The position numbers were made by a program, and so were the translations under genes. Below are positions 1 through 14,560 of a stretch of 64,000 nucleotides of DNA, piece after piece (position 1 is the first letter of the stretch; each line of letters opens with the position of its first letter). The stretch lies in assembly GCF_026571515.1 (NCBI RefSeq), contig NW_026860920.1:62001-126000 (forward strand), in the 5' to 3' direction. Source of the DNA: Ruditapes philippinarum (lineage: Eukaryota). The notes under the pieces are model-generated. The model did no database searches and was not told the DNA's origin. It was given only the letters and a program-made list of their open reading frames with translations.

Positions 1-1700
1 ACTTGTACAAAAGGGTATATATCCGTTGTTACTTACAAATAAGACTCACATTTTTGCTCACTGTTTTTTCTTTCTTATTTTTGTTAACGTTGTACTGTAT
101 TTGTAATTTGGATATTATGTTTTTCTCTTCATTTTGGGGGGAATAAAAAAAATTTATTTTTATTTTTATATTTCTTTTCCTATTTTTCCCGTTTTTTTAA
201 AAAAGGGGTCAAACAAACCCAGACTGGGAAAGGGTTTTAATTGTACCGTTTAAAGTGTTCTTTAGGCCCTCTGCTCTTCTCTATTTTACAAAGTAAAGAT
301 GTATGATATGTAATGCCTAATTAATCTACCGCTTTGTTTCTGATGTTATGAAATTGGCAGACCGTAAGACGGACGCATGTTTTATTTCCAAAAACGTGTT
401 AAAAAAGATTAGGAAAGAAACGAGCAAACCAAATCGCACACAACGTCTCAGGAAATTCCCGAAGCTTAACATGCCTGCCTAATAAAAAAGAAAAACTTAG
501 TGCTTTGCGGCTTTGTTGTATGCATCTTTTGTTATACCTATGAAATAAGATTTAATGCATAACACTCGTTTATTCATGGCACAGTTATATCTTTATTAAC
601 CAACTTACAGCTTTTTAAGGACATTTTGACTTTTCATTCATGGATTTACTTCTTAAAGTAAAATAAAAAAAACACAAGTTTTGAAAATTAAGTACAAATT
701 AAGAGCATTATTTTGTCTCTAAATTAATGAACGTGATTTTTATAGGTTATCCAATGGGTTACACTTACAATATACACTATTCTATTCCGTTCATCTTCAA
801 ACAATAGCAAAGTATTATAGAACAAATAATTTTCTCAATCACTATTGACGACAATTATAATTCTAACATTTTCCAAATTACATGTAGATATTGTTGAACA
901 CAAAATAAAAATATGGAGGTGAAGTGTTTCAATCAAATTTCTTAAAACGAGGGTGAACTGTCCGAGTGGTGAAGTGTCTGCAAAAAATTGGCCTTGTGTG
1001 AACTGACTGAGGGGTGAACAGCCTGTAAATCGTTCGAAATCGTGATGACTTCCTTCTCGATATTGACTTTCCAGAGTTTAAAAATAGAAACAGAATCAAA
1101 ATTATTAAAGCTCGCCGATAATTGGCTGTTTGAAAGGTATTAAGAATTTACTCCGTATTTGGTGATGGTCAGATCTAAATGCAGAACGTTATTTACAGCT
1201 GATTTAAATCAGATTGGGTGAATATATGGCCATTTAAACTGGAGATACGAAAAATTTCTTCTTAATAAAGCCTGGTTATCAAATTGATAAGGTAACAGAT
1301 GACAACACATTTGATTTTCCCTGTCATATCTACACAACTACAACTAGACTCCGTTTGGTCGAACTAGGATTGCTCGAATAACTTCATTTGCTCGGAGTAA
1401 TCTCCTGAAAAATCAAATCCCTTTATAATGTTCATTGTGTGTACGAATAAATCTAAAAATTAAAGACAATTAAAGATTGTGTCCAAAATTTAAATCTAGA
1501 GCATATATGGCAAGGTGAGTAGTCCAAACAGCCGAGGTAGATCTTTCAAATTTTATTGGTTGTTATTTAGACCTGCGTAAGTGTGAGATGTCCCTCCTCC
1601 TCCATGTTTAAGACTCTCATACTGTGATTGGCTGAAATCAGTGATATGAAAAATCAAAATAAGAATACTTTCGTGACAACTATGTATGTAAATTCCTTAT
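1..1700. repeat. Segmental duplication: 3' flank of copy A matches 3' flank of copy C (47088-48950)
   Basis: Long colinear near-identity starting at base 1 (ACTTGTACAAAA) and running through the last exon. Confidence 0.9.
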
Positions 1701-4700
1701 CTTAAACAGTACAAAAACAATATTGACAACATAATTTTCTTCAGTTTAAACTTAATTGATAGATCCCTACTCTAATCTTTCATTTGAATAACATTTAGAT
1801 TTAACCACAAACTTTGACATTGCTTTGTTAAAAAAACTTTGTGGTGAAAATTCTTGTTTTTTTTCGTAATTTTGTGATTAAAAAATTTGACAAGTCGGGG
1901 GATATAGGGGATTTATTTAGTTCATTACCTGTCTGGTACTGTGCTGGAATTTGCTGAAGCAGCTGAAGCATAATATAAAATTACATAAATATTGGACATT
2001 TGTTTATGAAATAAGTGACATGGGAAAATGCAATGTTAATTTGTATTCGTTAAATATATATACACGAGTAAATAAAGGTTTTCATATGGTAAATGTTGAA
2101 ATAAATTAAAATGGTTTTACTCCATTGACAGTCCATTCTTTTTAAATATATAGGCAATGCAGCTCACCTTGACAATTAAAATATGAGCATAATATCACTT
2201 TAAAGATTAAATCAAATATATCAGCAATATTTTTTTCCAATACAAACTAATTTTACTTACAATGAAACGTATATTTTTTATTATTTCTTCTGAGTTTCAA
2301 GTAATTGAAAGCAAAATGCGAGATAAAACAACTAACTATGAAATCCGGTAACTTAAACTTGAAAAGTAGCGAAAGGTGATGTCTCTTATTTGTCCTTCCG
2401 TTATAATGTTAGAATTGAAATGACATCGAACCGGTCTGTGCTCATCGATGAATTACTTTCTGTTGTTTTGATGCGGAGATATAAAGAACTCAAGCCTATA
2501 GTCTTCATGAGCCATTACTATGCATCAAACAGATTGGTAATACAAACCTAAACATATCGCTCTGATTTAATATTCCGATTATTGTCAAACTCCATAAAAC
2601 AAAGTTAGTTATGGAATAGTAAACTGTACAGTTTAAAGCCAAAGACTATATAACGATCATATTTATAGTTGGCAGTGTAAATTAAAAAAAACCAAATATG
2701 TTACCATTTAGAGAATCATAAGCCATCCTGCTTTCAGTTTCTGTTCTATTTTGAAATTGTTCGTAGGTATTTCTAAAAAATATTATTTTTCATTATTATC
2801 TATATAAATAATAATAAGATTACGTGATGTGGTCTTGCAAATAACAGTTAAAAATCTGGAAACAAAGTGGGAATAAGCGCACAAACGCAACAGTCATTTT
2901 GAGGTTCTAGTTTATTATCATAAAACTGACAATTTAATAATAGTAATGATACAATAACTCTTCAATAGCCATATGGAAAAGTCAGACAACCATCTCTCAC
3001 TCCCCTCGGAAGCATTAATCACAACAAAATAACATAAGAATTGCAGACTTGGTTTGATTGAGTCTGTACATGAGAGATAATGAATAAGTGCAACATCTCT
3101 CACGACCCCTAGCACCGGCTTGAGCGGTACTCAATTCTCAACACTTAATAGTGCTGGCATCAATGATCCCGAAGGACCAGAAAATATAACAACACTGAAG
3201 TGAAGTACGGGGCAACTTTTTACAGCTGCCATACGGCAATTGACACCTGCTGTTGTGAAGTATAAAAATCTGGAAACAAAGTGATCCCTCGAAAGCATTT
3301 ATTACAACAAAATTACATAAGAATTACAGACTCGGTTTGATTGAGCCTGTACATGAGGGATAATGTTTGATATTCATCTTTCAGCTGCTTTTTATTCCTC
3401 TCATTATTAAGAATTATTAATTAGCAATAATTTAAGTGTGAACTATTCCTGAAATCTATCTTTATTATCTTTAATCATCATGTATATTTAATCATTAAGT
3501 ATATCTAATCATTATGTATATTTTAGTTGGAAAGGAAATAGATGAAACCAATGTTATCAATATATAAAATAAAAAAAAACACTATTTGACGGTACTTACG
3601 GTGAAAGTGACGAACCATTTAATTCTGTGCCGCGTGACACTGATGTTGGCTGATGTTGATTTTGATTCTTCAGACCTATTTCATAAAATAAGATATTAGG
3701 TATGTTAAAGTTTTCAAAATACCGAGTTATTTTATGAGTATCAAGAACATAGATTTCGGTGTCATAAGTCTATCAGTTTTCACACTACTCCTATATATAT
3801 TTTTACTCTATTTTTCAAAGTAAATTTAGAAAATCGTAAACATGACGACATTTAACATTTTAATTGAAACACGGACTTGAATTACAAGGTTTTATTCTGT
3901 AAAAAAGGTATGCGGTATGAAGGGCAGAGTTTTTGATCCTTGTTATTGAAAGTACCTGTTACTGTCCGTTTTCTATTTAAAACAACCCATGTAAAAACCG
4001 CACCGATTAGAACACCAACAATGAGTGAGGCAATGACAATCGCGGCGATAGCTCCTGCTGTTATACTTATCTCGTTTCCATCTGCAATAACAATAGTGTT
4101 GATAGTGCTTGCTCTTAACAACATATCTCTATACAAGGACTTTATTTTAAGACATACCACATACGTGGTACGCCGACCGTTCATGATTCAGAAAACAAAC
4201 ATGTATTTAAAAAGATCTGTGACTAAACAAAATATAACTAATTTTCATGCAAATTTAATTTTTGATTTCACCATATTTAAGGTGAAGATACTTGTCTTGT
4301 CAAGGGAAGTCATCTCCTTTGTGATGTTGTTTGTAGAGGAATCTGTGAACGTTTCATTTAAATACTAGTATCGAAATCACTTTCATAATAAAAACAACAT
4401 CATTTTAAGTAGCAGGTTTTCCACAAATAACATGTAAACATATGAGGTCATACTATTTGCTGAGATGTATATCATTTTCAGAAAGCCCCTGAAAGAATAG
4501 GTCGTAGCCAAGTCCCATATTTCTCCATGATTTTTTTAGTTACCTGATAAGGGAGAGATAAAAAAGGGAAAAATACGGGAAACAGCACTTTCTATATAGA
4601 CTCTTTCATTTACGACCGGATTCAAGTTCTCGCCATTGGATGACGTCATAAGGGGGTACGGTGGACATTGCCGAGACGATTAAGTACATAAATAGAGGAA

Positions 4701-7700
4701 TATAAAGATCTTATTCCTTTCTCTGGTAAGATTTGCAGATTGAAATTGTCAAAATGTTGTGTAATTGAATAACATATTACATAAAAAGGATGCATTGGTC
4801 AAATAAATAAAATGTTTACTAAAATAAAGTAAACGATTTGTTTTAATACTAGACCAAATAGCTGGTTAACTGATCATGAAAACCATTTTCGTTTGATTCT
4901 AAATAATGAAAATTGTCGCACCGTGTTTTACCAGGCAGTTACATCGTACTAATTGCAGAGATGTAGATAGTATATGTCTCTGCTAATATACAGTACCCAA
5001 GAGATATTTTGAGTTTCAAAAAATGTTAGTATTCTGTAGTTTTAAAAAACGGCCGCATAATAATTAATTGCAGGATTCTGGTTGATAAAAAAATATTTTG
5101 ATTTAAGCATAACTAAGACAAAGAAAAACAATAATATAAATCTATGTAATTTCAAAAACATTTAGGCATAAAAAGTAAAAATCCCGTTGTATGGCCCCTA
5201 GGATGATCCATCCAAATTAGGATCATAAATATTTTGATAACTAACAAACGTGATGTAATATGATGTAATTTTATAACTATTTAATATGCACACTGGTGAG
5301 TTATGATATCACAGCCAACTGCCGCTAGTATATACAACATATGCACCCTGTTAATTAATATGTTACGGCCCAAGGGCGCTTTTATACACACCAATTAACT
5401 TAAAAGGTCTTTATTTTCATAGTCATAAGAATTCAATAGATTTGATATATCAAAATTATCTTATCTGCCTCTGTTACGAATCTTACGTTATACATGTCAA
5501 CATTGACAAATTTATTTTCATGTTTGTCACAAATACGCCGGAATTTTCTAAATGACAGAAAATCATACAGAAAACTAGAAAATGACCATTATATTGGGTA
5601 ATTTCACACTGTGTATGGGTGTTCATAAAATATTAAAATTTGATTTAGTAACTAGTTTTTTTCTCTGGCATTAGAGAAAATCTAATAGATGTATTCACTT
5701 TGTAATTCCGCTGTTTTACCTCGTAGCAAGAATTTATCTTAATCTTTGTTTTTATGTTTTTTTTTTATATTTTACTTTCTTGATATTAAATTTATATATG
5801 CATAAGTCAATTTTTTCAGGTTATAATCGTAATTGAACGGTCAGTATTAACGCATTCAACTTTTAATAAGCTATCATTCTATGCGGTTTGTATATTACAT
5901 CACATCCGGTAAGGAAAATCTTCCGTGATGCTTATCGCTTAAATAAAAGGGTCTATAGATGTGAAAAGCGATGGACTTGTCTTAAAGGTGAATAAAACAT
6001 TTTTCAAAAACTGTTACTCATAAACATACGTGTTATTCATTTTAATACCCAGAACAAATTCTTAACTGGTCTGAATTTTAAATCTTACTATAACAAACGA
6101 ACACACATTTACTTAAACTGTTATATACACTGATGAAGTTATAAAATTACTGTTGTGAACATATTGATATTTACCAATTATAAACAATAGGGCAATAATG
6201 GCCCTGAATCGCTCATCAGAAACAACTGGTTTTCCGTGTTAGAAATATTTTTTTCAAATGATCTTTCCGAAAGGCAAGTCCAACTCAACTTGCGCCTCTA
6301 GTTTTATAGTTTCACAATGTTGATTTTTCTCCATAATAAATCTGACCATCATTTCATTGTTCATTGCATTAAATATTTTGTCCTAATATTTTGGAAAGGC
6401 TTTGTTAAAAATAATGTTGCAAGTGTGTTCCTTTGAGACTATGTAGAATATATCACCACACGAGCACGGTAAATTTTGATGGGACAATTTTTGTGAATGA
6501 ATACATGCAAATGTCACATGCAAAATATGTAAGGTGTTGACGTTTGAAAATTATAGTTTAGGAAAAAAACGCTTTTTTATATGGTAACATAACTTACGTC
6601 AACAAGAAATGAAAATAGGTCAAACATAATCAAAAATATCAAAAATAGGCCAGCTGATGTTAGTTCAGTATCAGAAATTACACTTTTGATCCAAATTACA
6701 AGTCTGTATGTCAAAAAAAAGGTCAGATGATGTCAAAAATATCAAATTTAGGTCAGCTGATATCACGATTTACTTCAGCATTAGACATTTAACCCTCGGT
6801 CCAAATGTCATGTCTGTACATCAGAAAGTAAAATAAGTAGGTCAAATAATATCAAAAATATCAAAATTAGGTAAGTTGATATCAAAATTCAATTTGGCAT
6901 CAAAAATTACACATCAGGTCCACATTTGAAGTCTGTACGTCAAAGGGTATGTCAAGCGATATTAAAAATAGGTCAGCTACTATCAAAATTCGATTCGGCA
7001 TCAGAAAAAAACCCTGTTCTGGTCCAAATTCAAAATATGTATGTCAAAAAAACAAGAAAGTATGTGAAATTGTGTCAATAATATAAAGAGGTGAGCTTAT
7101 ATCAAAATTTAATTTGGCATCAGAAATTACATCCCTGGTCTGTACATAAAAACAGAAGGTCAAGTGATATCAAAACTATCAAAAGTAGGCCAGTTGTTAT
7201 TAAAATTCAATTAGGATCAGAAATTACAACCCTTGTCCAAATTTCAAATCTATACATCAAGAAGTGAGAAACTAAGTCAAACGATATCATAAATATCAAA
7301 AGTAGGTTTGCTAATATCAAAATTCAATTCGGCATCAGAGATAACATTCCTGGTCAAAATTTCAAGCCTGTACATCAAAAAACAAGTAAATGAAATGTTT
7401 CAAAAATATCAATAACAACTAACTGATACCAAAGTTCAATAACGAATAAGAAATAGATATAAGGTTCAAAAGTGTGTCCCAAAATTGATAGAATATGCTT
7501 TTTCTAAGTTTGAATCCAATTCAACAAAAAATGAAAAAAAAAAAACAACATTTTTAAACTAAATTAAATAAAAAATGAGCATACAAACTCATCTTTGTTA
7601 GTAAGATACAGGAAACAAATGTAATCTTTTTTAGACCTAATTCTATTTCCAGGAAAAAATCCTGACATACAACTGACCCAGCAGAAAGATTTAATCGTAT

Positions 7701-10700
7701 GATGTAATGGGCTTCAAGTTATTAACACAAACAGAATCTGATTTTATCTTATTGTTACCTAGCTAAACAAGATTGCATTTGTGAAAAAATGCGATGTCAC
7801 TACATCACTAAATAGTACCAGAAATATATGTTTTTTCTATACAATTGAACTTTGCCATAGTGCAGTAATGTCTAGTGAGATTTAGGGTCAATGTCATATT
7901 TGAGTTTGTCAAATGAATGACAATGTGCAGATATGTTTACTGTTCAGATACAAAGCACATAGTGTAAATAATTGATTCAGTATAAAGTATTCTTACTTGA
8001 CAAAAAAATAACTTTTTTACAAGGTAAACGATAACATAAACAAAAGCAAATACAAATTTACTTGTAGAAAATGAGGGATAACAATATTTTTCCCTAACTC
8101 AGACGACTCCCAGAAATAATCTTAATTTTAGGCAACATTTGAACACAATATCATACATAAATAATCTGTTTTTACACTTTACTTTTTCTGTTAGATGTAA
8201 GCTTGGAAATGTTAATATGATCGACCAAGTACATATAAAAGAGCATTGAACAAGTTTTTACCTGTTGTACTATCTGTATCTCCATAACTAGGGTTATCTG
8301 AAATAAAAAAGTAAGACAAAAATCAATAACTTACAAGAAAATAAAAGCAAGGTTATAAGTTTCAAATAAACAATTCATTTAATTCTGTGCATACTTATGC
8401 TTTTGTTTATGTTATCGTTTGCCTTGTTACAATTCTAGAGGTTTTAAAAAAGAGGTCAATGATGTGTTAATATATCTACGTTGATCCCTGGAGATTCCGT
8501 TCAACTTTCCTTTTTTTATCGAAAATTGCTTATAAATTTGTAAGTAGGTTTTCAATTAGTCTTCATTACATTATAAGTGACGGACCGTTGAAAGATTCAT
8601 AGGAAGGTTTTTATTCTCTCTCTAGTTTACATCCTTGTAGGCTCAAATGATGTTTCCAATCTGGTCTTTAAATCCTTTTGCTCATGAATATGTATTATAT
8701 TTCACGTTGTAGAGGGCTTAAAAGTGTCCTTACGATACTTGTTGACAACTAAATTAGGATGAAACAGATTTGCCTATGTGGTGCAAAATTCAAGAATATG
8801 ATCTACTTAGGATAAGGTTCAGAGGTGACTTCTTTAAGAGGCAAACAAAGTCCTTTTTCAAACTGTCTTTAAAAATACAGATATATAAATCTGCCATACA
8901 ATCATTAAAAGTTTATTTTATGTTCATGTATGTTTACATATACATATAGTTATGCTTAATATATTTTAAGAATAGCTGACTATAGAAAGTCAAAGATGTC
9001 ATAAATTGTACAAACATGATAGTTATTTGTAGGTTGATTAATAACAAGTAAAAGTTAAAACGACTTTCTTTTGATTAGCTCTGAAAATATTTCTTACGTG
9101 TCATGTTATAATATTTCCTGTTATACACAAACAAATGCTCAATGTTATAGAAAACTTACTGACGTCAGTATAAAATCTCGGATTGTTTTCAGAGATATAA
9201 GTGTTCCCCGGATACGGATCTCCGAAAACTAAAACGTAACATTCAAAAGCCAGATTGTTATCTCTATTAGCATCAGCTGCTGTTGTGTTGTATCTGATTG
9301 AAGCTTCTCGTGTATATCCACACTGGTTGTCACTATTAGCTGTGCCTTCATCCACAGAACCTTGTGGTGGTTGATAGCCAATAAAGTCATCATTTTAGGA
9401 AGTTTCTGATGTTCTATGCCATCGAATAAATGTTCCCGGTAAGCTTCCTATATTAGCAGTACATGTACATCCACATTAGCCATGTAAGATGGTGACATTC
9501 CTTCTACTATAAAACCATTCTTCCTTACAACTAATGATGTCACTTGAGGTTTTACTAGAATGTCAAAGCAAAAAAAAACAACATAATTGAAATATTTTCA
9601 TAAAAGTAACAGTAAAATTAAATTGCTTTTTCCTTTTTCATATTTAAATGATCAATTCTCAAAAGAGTGATACCATAGAATGTTTCTGTTAACACACGGA
9701 TATTGGACATTATGAGAATTGAATATTCCAGAGGAAAATATTGTTCTGTTATCTTAAGCACTGCTTTATGCGTTCAACAATGATTTTGTATGCCATTTAC
9801 TTTCTGACTAAAACTGTCACTGTAAAACTTAAATGGAAGAAAACATCAAATGGATACCATATCATAAAACAGCAAAATATCAAACTGTAATTTTCAGTCA
9901 CTTCCAGATTTTTTCAAGTCAGTTGTATTGATATATTGTATTACATAGTAAAGGTACAATATGATTCTTCTTTTTCCTTTTCTGCAAGCCATTTTTAATT
10001 ATTGAAATTATTGTTATTTATTTTTATCTAACCACTATTCAAACAAATTCTTATGTGAAAGATCTTCCAGGCATTCTTAAAATAAAACGTACCATAAGCT
10101 GAGAAAGTGGCTTTCCTTTTAACATCAGTACTTGTTTATTTGTGGAGCTTTTATATGTCAATTCACATCTATAATACCTGGCATCATCACAAACTAACTT
10201 CTCCATGCTCATAGACAATGTAAGAACTGTGTTAGCTGGTGTTGTAGAATCCCATGATCCTCCAGCAACATAATCTTTAGTATTTGATACTACATCACCA
10301 CCTAATGTAGGAGTTTCATTTATTCCTGCTTCCATTAATGCTAATGTCTGCCAATCATTAGGATCTGATCCAGAAAGCGTGGTTGATTTGAGTCTTCTTA
10401 TCTGTATAAGGTAAATATCTGTAACATCTGTTTCAGTGATATCGCATGTCATAGTTAATGTTCCTGTGCTGCCAAGTAAAACTCTCTCCCTGCTAAAAGT
10501 AAACTCCACACCAGAAACTGTAAATGTAATAATGGGTATAAACATTGTATTTTTCCAAATCGTTCACCAAACATGGTGCGAGGTTACTACGTTTCAAGTT
10601 CTGAGAAAATAAATCTTGATATTTTGTAAAGGGTACTTTTGTTTGCATTAAAAAATTTTATCAAAATTTTAAAAGAAAAACATTTTTTCAAGAATGGAAA

Positions 10701-10917
10701 TATCTTTTCAAAAAATGTTTATAAAAATATATTTTTAGAACAAAAGGTCTCTATACAACAAAAACAGCGTGACCATAAAAATGGTCAATGTATACCACTG
10801 CAAATAATTAGTGCTAAATCAGTATAAAATGTTAATTGTAATACGATTACAAAACTACATACCTTCAAAGAAAGTTAAAGCTGTAAATAAAACAAAACTT
10901 TTAAAAACGTCCGACAT
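1553..10917 (-). pseudogene. Copy A: disrupted Ig receptor paralogue (full two-Ig membrane form not encodable)
   Basis: Exons: 10863-10917 (MSDVFKSFVLFTALTFFE), 10093-10517 (425 nt, -1 frameshift near 10135), 9160-9554 (395 nt, 19-nt deletion versus B plus TAA at 9395-9397), 8262-8297, about 4291-4342 (putative), 3956-4081 (TM), 3600-3675, 2705-2772, 1929-1962, 1553-1631. TM and tail exons are still open. Confidence 0.82.
6183..7460. repeat. HINE/Helentron-like element carrying about 8 tandem units of 105-120 bp (6600-7460)
   Basis: Start motif AACAATAGGGC..GCCCTGAATCGCTCA. Units GGTCAAATAATATCAAAAATATCAAAATTAGGTCAGCTGATATCAAAATTCAATTCGGCATCAGAAATTAC..GGTCCAAATTTCAAGTCTGTAC. Confidence 0.65.
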
Positions 10918-11010
10918 TTTTCTTTGATTTAAATAATCTTCCTTCTTCTCTTTGTAAATCAAACTGTTTATATCCAAAATATAAATACATGTACTAATAA
11001 ATATTCATAT

Positions 11011-11125
11011 AGCTAACAGGAAGTAATGTTTGTGAAATATTTAAATTAGGACGAGCTTTTAATAGCCTATGTACAATCTATTTAATACATTTATCACCAC
11101 TAGGAAGTACATGAAATCTGTTGTT
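11011..11125. promoter_or_regulatory. Conserved proximal promoter block of copy A (ETS-like and GATA-like sites)
   Basis: GCTAACAGGAAGTAATG (core 11016-11024), TATGTACAATCTAT and TTTATCA.CACTAG are shared with the equivalent position upstream of copy B, about 100-190 bp from the ATG. Confidence 0.5.
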
Positions 11126-11871
11126 GAAAGAAACTCTAAGTGCTTATTTTAAATCATACATATTCAATATTCAATGAATCTTCAAAAAATAAATCATAAT
11201 GAGATTATTTTTTATTGTACAGTTTGACTGGTTTAGATGTGAATTTATGTCAAAAACTATTACATTATGGATATCATTTCTTTTACATATTAAAAGTGTT
11301 TGCCATGAGATACATACGGGTGTAATTAAATCAGTATTAAGGTACATTGTGTTTATATATGTTCTTACATTTGTATTTTTTTCGTTTGATTGGGTAATAT
11401 TTTTTTTCAAACTTTAACATTTTAAAGTACATTTATTTATTTATTTATTATGGGATATATATTATTTCAAACAATGAATTCATAAAATATCAAAAAAAAT
11501 TATATTACAGCAGCATGTATTTGTAGTTATGTACTAAAATAAACTTGAACAAGTGTCATTCTATAAAAAGATAATCAAAAACTCGGTTACAATACACGTT
11601 ACATGACCCACTGATAAGAGACAACTCTAAATTTGTATCAATAAGGCTGAATCTCATCAGTCTTTATCACAATAACGAGGTGTTAAAAAGCATGTGACGC
11701 CGACTGTCACTAATTCAAGACATGTCGATCCGTATCTTTCGTTGTTTTTTGTGTTCGGCCGAAAGGTGTGATTTTCACTTTATTTCTGCCGAGGGGATCA
11801 GATATCATGTTCGAAATTTCGAGCGATCGGTTTTCGAGCGATCCCAGATAAAATGATATATATATTGAATG

Positions 11872-12455
11872 TAGAAAAAAACCCACACGTCAAAATTTTA
11901 AAGAGCGGACAAAACACCACACATGAATTTTATAGGTCGAACAAATCCCCACTTTTTCTAATTATTTGTTACAATACAATTCATATAACTTTGATCATGC
12001 AAGTTTTTGTAAGACTAAATTTTTAAGTTTGATATAGGTACTTTAATTATTTTAACATCCTTCCTTTGATCATGATGATTAATTTTATCTTATATTTTAT
12101 TTCAATTAACAATACAATATGATTGAATAATAACAGACTTTACAAATATTACAAACTGTTAAACAAAACGCAAAGGGTAAACATTCAAATTTATAAACTG
12201 TTAAATAGATATCAAAGGGTAAATATTCATTAAATTAAAAAGTGTCAAAAATGTCGGTTATTTTATTGTCAATCAAAGGTCTATCCAAATTAGTAATAGA
12301 AAGTGTGGGGTTATGTCAACTGCATAAAATGATAAGTGTAGGGTTTTGTTCACCCTATAAAATTCAGGTATGGGGTTTTGTCTACTCTTTCAAATTTTGA
12401 TTAAAGGTGTTTTTTTTGTGTTAGGTTTTTACATGTGGGGTTTTGTCAGTCTTCC
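11872..12455. mobile_element. Probable MITE / foldback element with long imperfect inverted ends
   Basis: GACAAAACACCACAC..GAATTTTATAGG..ACAAATCCCCACTT on the left is mirrored by AAGTGTAGGGTTTTGT..CCTATAAAATTC..GGGGTTTTGTC on the right. Confidence 0.55.
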
Positions 12456-13182
12456 ATATATATTTGAATAAAGGGAGGTAATAGAGGTCGACATTTAACT
12501 GTTGTAGTTATATGACAATGCAGTTAGTTGAAACATTTTATATTTCATTTTTAAAACTTTTTCAACAAAACGTACAAATTGGTAATGTAACTTAAATATT
12601 TCCACTTTAAAGCTTGTTTAATTATCATTATAATTTTCTACCCCAATCAACAATTAAGACATTATAACATATTAGAATTTTTTTTTGTAATTATTCAGAT
12701 AACATTTGAATGATCATGAAATATACAACATAAAAATAAAAGATAAAATTTAGTGTCGACAAGTATAAGTTTATCTAATATTGTTTGTATATGATAGACA
12801 GCAAATAACATTGTGATTATATTGTGGATAAGTTATTAAGTAAATACTTGATATTGACATCATGAAATACAAGATATATTATAAACCGGATACATTTAGC
12901 ACAAACACAGTTATAAATTATAGGTTTTGTTAAGCAAAATAATCATTATAAAAAGGTATCTCAAAATAGATTCATTTTCTTTTGCATAATAAATAAACTT
13001 TAAATTTAATTTGATATAAGCTTAAAATAATGGAACAAAAACACATTTATAGAAATAATTGATCTTAACAAGCATTATAATTGCCATTCATATAATTGAC
13101 TTTTAAATTACATAGACAATTATGTATAGCAATTTCTACAGTTGACTCTACAAAGATAAATAGAAAGACGCGTGAACAGATA

Positions 13183-14560
13183 AACAAGAGGGCCCTTTTA
13201 TCGCTCACCTGATTATGAAGGATCAATCCAAATTTCCAGGATGTTTGAACTATATCTATATTTTGGCTGTGTGACCTAGTTGTTGATCCCCGGTGACCCA
13301 TATTAAAATCATCATAACAACCTTTCTGACCAATTTCTAGGACAGTTGGACTGAAAGAGTAGCCCCTAGTGTGTTTACAAGGTTTTTTTCATATCCGGGA
13401 TGTGTGACGTACATTTTGACCACAGATGACAAAACGTACAAACAAGGGGTGAAACACGTACACAGAAAGTTTTCTTAATTAGGAAGTATAATTATATATG
13501 TGACATTTATATGAATACAAGTTGGCAGTCATCCAAAGATATCAAATCAGTAAGGCATGGCCAATAATGCCCCTAGGATGATCCTTGACAAATTCGGATC
13601 ATAATTAAAACAACTAGAATAAGTGACGTAATCTGATGAATGTTATAACTGTTACATTTGCATAATTGTGAGGCCTAGTGCCGCTTGTATACACCGTATA
13701 CATCATGTTGATTAATTATATTACGGCCCTCGTCGCTGATACAAAGGTTGTCTTTTGTATAAAGTAAGTTCCGTGACGTCAAAAGACTCTCATTTAACTT
13801 TTAATTAGCTAACATTGGAAGTGGTCTGTATACAATAATTTCTCATCTGGTAAGAGGAGAAATTCTTCCTTGACGCTTATTGCTTAAATGAAAGGTTCTA
13901 TAACTGGGCTATGTGACCTAGTTTTTGACCACAAATGAACAAAATTTAAATTTAACCTAGAAATTATTAAAAAACCTTTCTGACACATTTCCAGGATATT
14001 TGGACTGGAATAGTAGCCTATTGAGTATTAACTAGATTTTCAATATTTTGACTGTGTGACCTAAGTTTTGAATGTAGATGACCCATATTGAAACCTGATC
14101 TGGAAATCATCATAACAACCATTCAATTTCCAGGATATTTTGACCTTTCTCACCAATTTCTTGGTTTTTTGGTTCAAAACAGTAAACCCTATAGTAATTA
14201 AACGCGTTTTCCATGTTTGTGCTATGTGACCTAGTTTTTGACCCATAATGACCCATATCCGAACTCTACCTAGAATTCATTATAACAATCTCTCTGACAG
14301 ATGTGTAGGATATTTGGCCTTGAACAGTAGCCCCTATAGTGTTTACAAGGTTTTTCAATATTTAGGCTGTGTGACCTTGTTTTTGACCCCAGGTACCACA
14401 TATTCAAATTTGATCTAGAAATCATTAAAACAACAATTCTGACCAATTTCCAGGATATTATGATGAATACAATAGCCATTAGAGTGTTGACAAGATTTTT
14501 TATTTTTTTAGCTCCCGTGACCTAGTTTTTCAGCTGAGATGATCCATGTTCGAATCATCC
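13183..14560. repeat. HINE/Helentron-like element with ~145-bp satellite-like units, interrupted at about 13430-13905
   Basis: Start AACAAGAGGGCCC..ATCGCTCACCTG. Unit marker TGTGTGACCTAGTTTTTGACC recurs at about 13268, 13401, 13910, 14053, 14223, 14368 and 14515. The interrupting segment resembles 5190-5960. Confidence 0.7.

Noticed and set aside
3940-4368. 142-aa plus-strand ORF (also 56921..57112 and 26335..26625)
   Set aside because: Antisense shadows of the TM and Ig exons. The minus strand has the splice sites and conserved protein motifs.
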